From an uncultured Actinomycetota bacterium (GTDB taxonomy: Bacteria; Actinomycetota; Thermoleophilia; Gaiellales; Gaiellaceae): a stretch of 64,000 nucleotides of DNA. Position 1 is the first letter of the stretch. The number at the start of each line of letters is the position of its first letter. The stretch spans positions 135,899 to 199,898 of the forward strand of contig CAWCPD010000003.1 of NCBI GenBank assembly GCA_963797465.1, given 5' to 3'. Under the pieces are notes generated by a model. It ran no database searches. It saw only the letters and a program-made list of their open reading frames with translations, and was not told the DNA's origin. Positions 57,683-64,000 of this stretch are shown in pieces. The position numbers and the translations under genes are program-made.

Positions 57683-60052
57683 ATGACCGAGATGCTCAAG
57701 AAGGAGTTCTCGCGCAAGTCGTTCGTGAAGGGCGGCGGCGCGATGATCGTCGGTTTCTCGGCGCTCGGCGCCGGTCTTGGCGCGAAGGCGGCGAAGGCTG
57801 CCACCGATCCGTATGCGTCGATGGGCCCGTTCGATCAGACCGCGGTCGACTCGTGGCTGATCATCCACTCCGACAACACGGCGAGTGTGAAGATCGGGAA
57901 GGTCGAGATGGGTCAGGGCACGCCGACCGCATTGCTGATGATCGCGGCTGAGGAGCTGGACATGGGCTTCAGCCAGATGAAGATGATCACGCACGATACG
58001 AACATCACGCCGAACCAGGGCTCGAGCGTGGGTTCGCAGGGTGTGCAGACGGGCGGGAAGCAGACGCGTGCTGCGGCTGCCGCTGCAAAGGGTGCGTTGC
58101 TGAAGCTGGCCTCGTCGAGTCTGGGTGTGCCAGTGGCGAGCTTGTCGGTTGCGAACGGGGTCGTCTCGGGTGGCGGAAAGAGCGTCACCTACGGCGCGTT
58201 GATCGGCGACAAGCTGTTCAACACGAAGATCACGGGCTTCTCCACGAACGGCACCGCGACCACGCCTGCGCAGGCGGTTGCGGGCTCGCCGGGGACGAAG
58301 CCGGTCGCTCAGTACAAGGTCGTGGGCACCAACCCGCCGCGGGTGGACATCCCGGACAAGGTGACCGGGAAGTACACCTACGTGCAGAACATCAAGGTGC
58401 CCGGCATGCTGCATGCACGGATCGTGCGGCCGCGTGGTCAGGGCGCCTACGGTGATGGGACGGCGCCGAAGTTCCTCTCGGTGGACGAGAGCTCGATTGC
58501 GAAGATCCCGGGTGCGCAGGTCGTGAAGTACGGCGACTCGTTCCTGGGTGTCGTCGCGCCGTTGGAGTATGCGGCGATCCAGGCGGCTGCTCAGTTGAAG
58601 GTGAAGTGGGCCGACCCGCCGCCGCTGCCGGGTGTCGGGAACCTGTGGAAGCAGATGCGTGACCACGACAGTGCCGGCATGGCGCCGGCTCGGGTCGCGT
58701 TCAACAGCGGCAACTTCGAGAACGCGTTCAAGTCGGCTGCGCACACGGTGCAGCAGAGCTACAAGTTCCACTACACCGGCCATCTGCCGATCGGACCGTC
58801 GTGCTGCGTGGCCGACGTCACCCCGAGCGGCGCCCGTGTGTTCACCAACACTCAAGACGCCTACGGGACGCGCCAGAACGTGAAGGATGCGCTCGACGTC
58901 GTGATGGGCGCGAACGCCCCGGCGCTCAACCGGATCCGCCTGACCTATTACGAGGGCGGCAGCGTGTACGGGTCGGCGCCGTATCGGGACAACAATCAGG
59001 CGGCGGCGATCATGTCGGCGTTGACGGGGAAGCCGGTGCGGTTGCAGTTCATGCGCTGGGACGAGCACGGCTGGGACAACTACGGTCCGGCCCAGATGGT
59101 GGACATTCGTGCGGGTGTGGATGCGAAGGGCAACCTGACCGCGTTCGAGTTCACCGACTTCGGGATCCCTTACTACTCGACGCAGCCTGCCGAGCAGCAG
59201 GTGAGCGGGACCGCGGCGTTCTCGACCTCGGGCCGTGCCGAGACGACGATCAGCGGGCTGCAGTACAACATCGCGAACCGGAAGGTGGTCGGGAAGAGCC
59301 TGCCGTTGGAGAACAACTACTTCAAGGTGACGTTCCTGCGGGCGCCCAACAACCCGCAGTCGGCGTTTGCCGCGGAGCAGGCCGTGGACGAGCTGGCCTA
59401 CATGGCGGGGATGGACCCGGTCGCGTTCCGGCTGCAGAACGTCTCCACCTCGGACTCCACGGATCCGGCTCGGCGGTGGATGAACGTGCTCACCGCGGTG
59501 GCGAAGGACGCGAACTGGAAGGCGAAGGTCGCGGCCTCGAACCTCTCGAGTGCCAACGTCGTCACGGGCCGCGGAGTCGCGTTCGGGTACTACTCGAACA
59601 CGATGACGTGCTGTGTCGCCGACGTCGAGGTGAACAAGTCGACCGGCAAGATCGTCGCCAAGGAACTGCACGTCGCAGGCGACGCCGGTCTGATCGTCTA
59701 CCCGGCCGGCAGCGAGAACAACGAGGAGGGTGCTGCGATGCAGGGTCTCTCCCGCGGTCTCGTCGAGCAGGTCGTGTTCGACAAGAAGTACGTGACGAGC
59801 CTCGACTGGGTCAGCTATCCGATGATCCGGTTCAAGGACGCGCCGAAGATCCACATCCACGGGCTCACCCGCACCGACGTTCCCGACCCGGCCGGTCCGG
59901 GCTCGCGGACGACCGGCTCGGGCGAGCCGGCGCTGTCGCCGGTTCCGGCGGCGGTCGCGAACGCGTTCTTCGACGCCACGGGTGCGCGCATCCGCGAGGC
60001 GCCGATGACGCCGGGCCGCGTGCGTGCGGTCCTCAAGGCAGCCGGCAAGTGA
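57683..60052 (+). CDS. molybdopterin-binding large subunit (isoquinoline 1-oxidoreductase beta / aldehyde oxidase family)
   Basis: In-frame ATG 57683. Tat-like N-terminus SRKSFVKGGGAMIVGFSALGAG. MGQGTPTAL and GSGEPA motifs. 789 aa. Confidence 0.85.
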   Translation: MTEMLKKEFSRKSFVKGGGAMIVGFSALGAGLGAKAAKAATDPYASMGPFDQTAVDSWLIIHSDNTASVKIGKVEMGQGTPTALLMIAAEELDMGFSQMKMITHDTNITPNQGSSVGSQGVQTGGKQTRAAAAAAKGALLKLASSSLGVPVASLSVANGVVSGGGKSVTYGALIGDKLFNTKITGFSTNGTATTPAQAVAGSPGTKPVAQYKVVGTNPPRVDIPDKVTGKYTYVQNIKVPGMLHARIVRPRGQGAYGDGTAPKFLSVDESSIAKIPGAQVVKYGDSFLGVVAPLEYAAIQAAAQLKVKWADPPPLPGVGNLWKQMRDHDSAGMAPARVAFNSGNFENAFKSAAHTVQQSYKFHYTGHLPIGPSCCVADVTPSGARVFTNTQDAYGTRQNVKDALDVVMGANAPALNRIRLTYYEGGSVYGSAPYRDNNQAAAIMSALTGKPVRLQFMRWDEHGWDNYGPAQMVDIRAGVDAKGNLTAFEFTDFGIPYYSTQPAEQQVSGTAAFSTSGRAETTISGLQYNIANRKVVGKSLPLENNYFKVTFLRAPNNPQSAFAAEQAVDELAYMAGMDPVAFRLQNVSTSDSTDPARRWMNVLTAVAKDANWKAKVAASNLSSANVVTGRGVAFGYYSNTMTCCVADVEVNKSTGKIVAKELHVAGDAGLIVYPAGSENNEEGAAMQGLSRGLVEQVVFDKKYVTSLDWVSYPMIRFKDAPKIHIHGLTRTDVPDPAGPGSRTTGSGEPALSPVPAAVANAFFDATGARIREAPMTPGRVRAVLKAAGK

Positions 60053-60087
60053 GCTGAGCCCGCAGCGACGCTCGCCGTCGGCAGAAG

Positions 60088-60115
60088 CAGAGGGGGCCCG
60101 CGAGGGCCCCTTCTG
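60088..60115 (+). terminator. intrinsic terminator after the iorB-like gene
   Basis: 12-bp stem CAGAGGGGGCCC / GGGCCCCTTCTG (one G-U), GCGA loop, followed by TGTGT. Confidence 0.6.
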
Positions 60116-60246
60116 TGTCGTCCCTGTGGTCGGCGTGAAACTCAGGAAGTCCTGAGCTATTCACCGCATCGTTCCGCTCAAGATTTCTTGTACGAAATCC
60201 AAACGGTGACGCTCTATCGTGTGGCTCATGCGGCGAGGAGAACGTC

Positions 60247-60957
60247 ATGTCCCTTGACGGCAAGCCGCACAGCGGCCAGTTTCCGGTCGACGGGGCGTTC
60301 CCGTGGGACGATCCGGAGTGGTTCCGGGACATCGATCGCACCGAGGATCGGTGCCGGGCGTATCTCGAGCAGCTCCGCTGGCCGGACGGCGTTATCTGCC
60401 CGCGTTGCGAGTCCGGCGACACGTCGCGGCTCGAGGCCCGGAAGAAGTTCTACTGCCGGTCGTGCCGCTACCACTTCAGCGTCACCTCCGGGACTCTCTT
60501 CCACAACTCGCACCTGCCGACGTGGAAGTGGTTCCTCACGATCCGGCTGATGATCCAGTCGGAGGACGGCCTGCCGGCGAATCAGCTCGTCGAGCTCCTC
60601 GGCGTGACGTACAAGACCGCCTGGTTCGCAGAGCACCGCGTTCGCGCTGCGCTCCAAGACGGCCAGCGCTTCGCGGCGCTCGCGCCGGTGGGCTCGAGTC
60701 TCAACGGCGCTCGCGCGCGTGTTTTCGCCCGGCCGATCGTCGGCAACTACCACCAGATGGACGTGAAGTACCTACCGGCTTACCTGGCGGAGATCGAGTG
60801 GCGTTCCGAGAGCCGGCACAACCCGTCGGCGTTTCGCGACACCGTGCTCCGGCTGCTCAGCGGCGACCCGCTCGAGTACACGGAGCTCGTCTCGGGTCGC
60901 AGCCCCGCAGTGAACGTGCCCGAAGCGGTCGAAGACCGCCGAACGCGCGCCGCCTGA
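60247..60957 (+). mobile_element. IS1595-family transposase gene remnant (zinc ribbon and HTH retained, DDE core apparently deleted)
   Basis: CPRCES...CRSCRYHFSVTSGT (IS1595 zinc ribbon), LVELLGVTYKTAWF HTH, C-terminal YLPAYLAEIEWRSESRHN tail. At 236 aa it is too short to hold the catalytic domain. Confidence 0.65.
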
Positions 60958-61032
60958 CGTCCCTCCGCCGAGCCTCGTAGACGCGGTCGGCTCGTAGTCG
61001 CTACCGCTGCCTCTCTCTGCGAGCTCACACAC

Positions 61033-61064
61033 GAGGTCGAAGCCCGAGCAAGGGCCTCGACCTC
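61033..61064. terminator. hairpin between the IS remnant and the convergent lipoprotein gene
   Basis: GAGGTCGA-aGCCCgagcaaGGGCc-TCGACCTC. No U-tract. Confidence 0.4.
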
Positions 61065-61093
61065 GATCGAGGAGCCGACCCGCCGGAGCGCGG

Positions 61094-61552
61094 TCAGCCC
61101 GTGCTGATGTCGTAGCCCTTGTCGCTGATCGCGTTCGAGGCCGTTTGGATGTCGGCGAGAGCTGTCAACGACGTGACCCCTGCGACCGCCGTCATGTCGC
61201 CGCCGTCCACCTTCTCGATGATGGGATCGAGCTGTTCGCCGAACTTGCGCACACCGCTCGCCAGCTGCTCGTGCTCGGTCTTGACGTCCTCTGGAGGCGT
61301 GATCGCCTCCATCTGCGTGGCGGCCTCGTCGAGAGCCGTCTGCAGCTCCTTCAGCGCAGACGCCGCATTCGACGCCGACGTCGCGGTGCCGAGTGAGTTC
61401 AGCGAGTTCGTCAGGCTCTGGCCGATCGCCCCCATCTGCTTCTCGTAGTCGGCCTTGCTGAGCGGCTCGCTTCCCCCGCCGCCGCAGCCAGCCGCGACGA
61501 GCACGACCGCGCCAGCGAGGGCGAGCAATGCGATCACCCGTTTCATCCTCAT
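61094..61552 (-). CDS. putative lipoprotein
   Basis: 152 aa. Signal peptide with lipobox LVAAGC. Helical, Ala/Ser/Thr-rich mature part. Confidence 0.7.
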   Translation of the reverse strand: MRMKRVIALLALAGAVVLVAAGCGGGGSEPLSKADYEKQMGAIGQSLTNSLNSLGTATSASNAASALKELQTALDEAATQMEAITPPEDVKTEHEQLASGVRKFGEQLDPIIEKVDGGDMTAVAGVTSLTALADIQTASNAISDKGYDISTG

Positions 61553-61695
61553 CTCCCTTCGGTCGCCGATCCTCGGCGCACCCTAGATGATCCGTGTGGC
61601 GATCACTTCTCGTGGGCCCCGCGTCGTTGTGGCCGTCCGCTCGCGCGCGCCGGCGCCCGTGCGGGCGCGCCGCGGGGAGCGTCTAGACTCGGCTG

Positions 61696-62634
61696 ATGGC
61701 GCAGGCGCCGGCTCTTCCAACCGGATTCGAGCTGTCGCTCGAGCAGCGGTTGCCTCGGATCGGCTCGATCGACCAGGTCGCCGTCGAGGTGCGCGCCGGC
61801 GAGCTCGCGAAGCGGAGCATCAAGCGCGAGTCGAAACTGTGGGCGCTCGAGCTGGCGATCCGCTGCTGCGATCTGACCACGCTCGAGGGCCAGGACACGC
61901 CGGGCAAGGTCGCTGCGCTCTGCTCGAAGGCGGTGCGGCCCGATCCATCCGACCCTGCGATTCCGTCGGTCGCCGCCGTCTGCGTCTACCCGAACCTCGT
62001 CGCGGTTGCGAAGGAACGGCTGGCCGGGTCCGGCGTCAAGGTCGCGTCCGTCGCGACCGCGTTCCCGTCCGGGCAGAGCCCGCTCGACGTCAAGTTGCGC
62101 GAGGTCTTGGACGTGGTCGCGCTGGGCGCCGACGAGGTCGACATGGTGATCGACCGCGGCGCGTTCCTCTCCGGCCGCTACGCCCAGGTCTACGACGAGG
62201 TCGTGCGCGTGAAGGAGGCCTGCGGCGACGCGCACCTGAAGGTGATCCTCGAGGTCGCCGAGCTCGGCACCTACGACAACGTCCGCCGCGCCTCGCTGCT
62301 CGCGATGGCGGCCGGCGCGGACTTCATCAAGACCTCCACCGGCAAGCTCCCCGGCGCCGCGACGCTGCCCGTGCACCTGGTCATGCTCGAGGCGATCCGC
62401 GACGTCTTCGAGGAGACAGGGCGGCGCGTGGGGATGAAGCCGGCGGGTGGCATCCGCAGCTCGAAGAACGCGATCCAGTACCTCGTGCAGGTGCACGAGA
62501 CGCTCGGCCCCGACTGGCTCACGCCCGACCTGTACCGGATCGGTGCGTCGTCCTTGCTGAACGACATGCTGATGCAGATCCGCAAGGAACGCACCGGTGC
62601 CTACCAGAGCAAGGACTACTTCACCAATGACTGA
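61696..62634 (+). CDS. deoC: deoxyribose-phosphate aldolase (long class)
   Basis: 312 aa. CVYPNLV, VATAFPSGQ, EVDMVID and the Schiff-base Lys in FIKTSTGK. Confidence 0.88.
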   Translation: MAQAPALPTGFELSLEQRLPRIGSIDQVAVEVRAGELAKRSIKRESKLWALELAIRCCDLTTLEGQDTPGKVAALCSKAVRPDPSDPAIPSVAAVCVYPNLVAVAKERLAGSGVKVASVATAFPSGQSPLDVKLREVLDVVALGADEVDMVIDRGAFLSGRYAQVYDEVVRVKEACGDAHLKVILEVAELGTYDNVRRASLLAMAAGADFIKTSTGKLPGAATLPVHLVMLEAIRDVFEETGRRVGMKPAGGIRSSKNAIQYLVQVHETLGPDWLTPDLYRIGASSLLNDMLMQIRKERTGAYQSKDYFTND

Positions 62635-62642
62635 GCCGTCGC

Positions 62643-64000
62643 GTGACTGAACTGTCGCGCCGCGGGGAGCGCTCGCCGGTACCGTCGGAGTGGGCGTACG
62701 CGCCCGCGCCGGAGTCGCGCGACGTCGTCTCGCTGCGCGAGCGGTACGGCCTGTTCGTCGGCGGCGAGTGGGTCGAGCCGCGCTCGGGCGACTGGTTCAC
62801 CACCATCTCTCCCGCCGACGAGGAGCCGCTCGCCGAGGTCGCCCAGGCCGGGCCCGAGGACGTGGACGCGGCCGTCGCGGCGGCGCGGGACGCGTTTGCC
62901 CCCTGGGCGAGCATGCCTGGCTCCGATCGCGCCAAGTACCTCTTCCGCATCGCGCGCATCCTCCAGGAGCGCTCGCGCGAGTTCGCGGTGCTCGAGTCCC
63001 TGAACGGCGGCAAGCCGATCAAGGAGTCGCGCGACGTCGACCTGCCGCTCGCGGCCGGACACTTCTTCTACTACGCCGGCTGGGCGGACAAGCTCGAGTA
63101 CGCGTTCCCGAACCGCCGCGCTGTGCCGCTCGGGGTCGCCGGGCAGATCATCCCGTGGAACTTCCCGCTGCTGATGCTCGCGTGGAAGATCGCGCCGGCG
63201 CTTGCCACCGGGAACACCGTCGTGCTGAAGCCGGCCGAGACGACGCCGCTGACGGCGCTGCTCTTCTGCGACGTGCTGCGCCAGGCGGAGCTGCCGCCGG
63301 GAGTGGTCAACATCGTCACCGGCGACGGCCGCGCGGGCGCCGCGCTCGTCGACGCCGAGGTCGACAAGATCGCGTTCACCGGCTCGACCGAGGTCGGGAA
63401 GGCGATCCAGCGCCGCCTGGCGGGGAGCGGCAAGAAGCTGACGCTCGAGCTCGGCGGCAAGGCCGCGAACATCGTCTTCGACGACGCGGCACTCGACCAG
63501 GCGGTCGAAGGGATCGTGAACGGCATCTACTTCAACCAGGGCCACGTCTGCTGCGCCGGCTCGCGCCTCTTCGTGCAGGAGTCGATCGCCGAGCCGCTGA
63601 TCGACAAGCTGAAGCAGCGGATGGCGACGCTGCGCGTGGGCGACCCGCTCGACAAGAACACCGACCTCGGCGCGATCAACTCGAAGGCGCAGCTCGAGAA
63701 GATCGAGGAGCTCGTCGCCTCGGGCCGCGAGGAGGGAGCGGACATCTACCAGCCGCCGTGCCGCCTGCCCGAGCGCGGCTACTGGTTCGCGCCGACCGTG
63801 TTCACGAACGTCGCACAGAGCTACCGGATCGCGCAGGAGGAGATCTTCGGGCCCGTGCTCAGCGTGCTCACGTTTCGCACACCCGACGAGGCGGTCGAGA
63901 AGGCGAACAACACGCCGTACGGCCTGTCCGCCGGCGTGTGGACGGAGAAGGGCTCGCGGATCCTCTGGATGGCCGAGCGCCTGCGCGCCGGCGTCGTCTG
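62643..64000 (+). CDS. NAD(P)-dependent aldehyde dehydrogenase (3' end outside window)
   Basis: Not in the ORF track because it is open-ended. GTG 62643. WNFPLLM, VLKPAE, FTGSTEVG, LELGGK, GHVCCAGSR (catalytic Cys), EEIFGPV. Confidence 0.85.
   Translation, partial: MTELSRRGERSPVPSEWAYAPAPESRDVVSLRERYGLFVGGEWVEPRSGDWFTTISPADEEPLAEVAQAGPEDVDAAVAAARDAFAPWASMPGSDRAKYLFRIARILQERSREFAVLESLNGGKPIKESRDVDLPLAAGHFFYYAGWADKLEYAFPNRRAVPLGVAGQIIPWNFPLLMLAWKIAPALATGNTVVLKPAETTPLTALLFCDVLRQAELPPGVVNIVTGDGRAGAALVDAEVDKIAFTGSTEVGKAIQRRLAGSGKKLTLELGGKAANIVFDDAALDQAVEGIVNGIYFNQGHVCCAGSRLFVQESIAEPLIDKLKQRMATLRVGDPLDKNTDLGAINSKAQLEKIEELVASGREEGADIYQPPCRLPERGYWFAPTVFTNVAQSYRIAQEEIFGPVLSVLTFRTPDEAVEKANNTPYGLSAGVWTEKGSRILWMAERLRAGVV

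Overview
High-GC (about 70% by eye) chromosomal segment, probably Actinomycetota-like (taxon is inference only). It is mostly core and metabolic genes. Left to right: (1) 0.6-10.2 kb, a tightly overlapping operon: sarcosine/dimethylglycine-dehydrogenase-like flavoenzyme, isochorismatase-type amidase, LLM oxidoreductase, fused hydantoinase A/B and hydantoin-type racemase, plus a divergent second amidase. (2) tRNA-Ser(GCU), a membrane cytochrome c, an aquaporin, MoaD-like, BNR-repeat, PPOX-like and DUF255 thioredoxin proteins, and fbiC (F420 synthesis). (3) Carbonic anhydrase, cupins and a 4-gene ABC-2 transporter. (4) A housekeeping block: lysA / leuS-comEA-comEC-holA / rpsT / murJ / nadR-pnuC / lepA-hemW-hrcA-dnaJ-prmA-mtaB-HIT-yqeY-GNAT-phoH-ybeY-dgkA-cdd-era. 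(5) A cupredoxin-like/cytochrome c fusion, a GCS2 ligase and two convergent OmpR-type two-component pairs. (6) iorAB-like molybdoenzyme genes with atypical codon usage next to an IS1595-family remnant, then deoC and a partial aldehyde dehydrogenase. I found no rRNA, CRISPR array, prophage or recognisable defence/toxin system, and I cannot point to a convincing novel multi-gene system. The two strongest unexplained signals are these. (a) A dispersed family of intergenic arrays of G(G/T)CAC(G/A) hexamers spaced exactly 11 bp apart, at seven or more loci in both orientations, including a composite tandem repeat between lysA and leuS. (b) About 40 reading-frame disruptions distributed very unevenly. 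They hit essential genes (leuS, lepA, hemW, hrcA, dnaJ, comEC) while long neighbouring genes are intact, so local assembly or sequencing error is more likely than biology. One of these disruptions hides a possible PnuC-NadR fusion. All coordinates were derived by hand from the sequence and ORF track. Start codons are approximate where noted.
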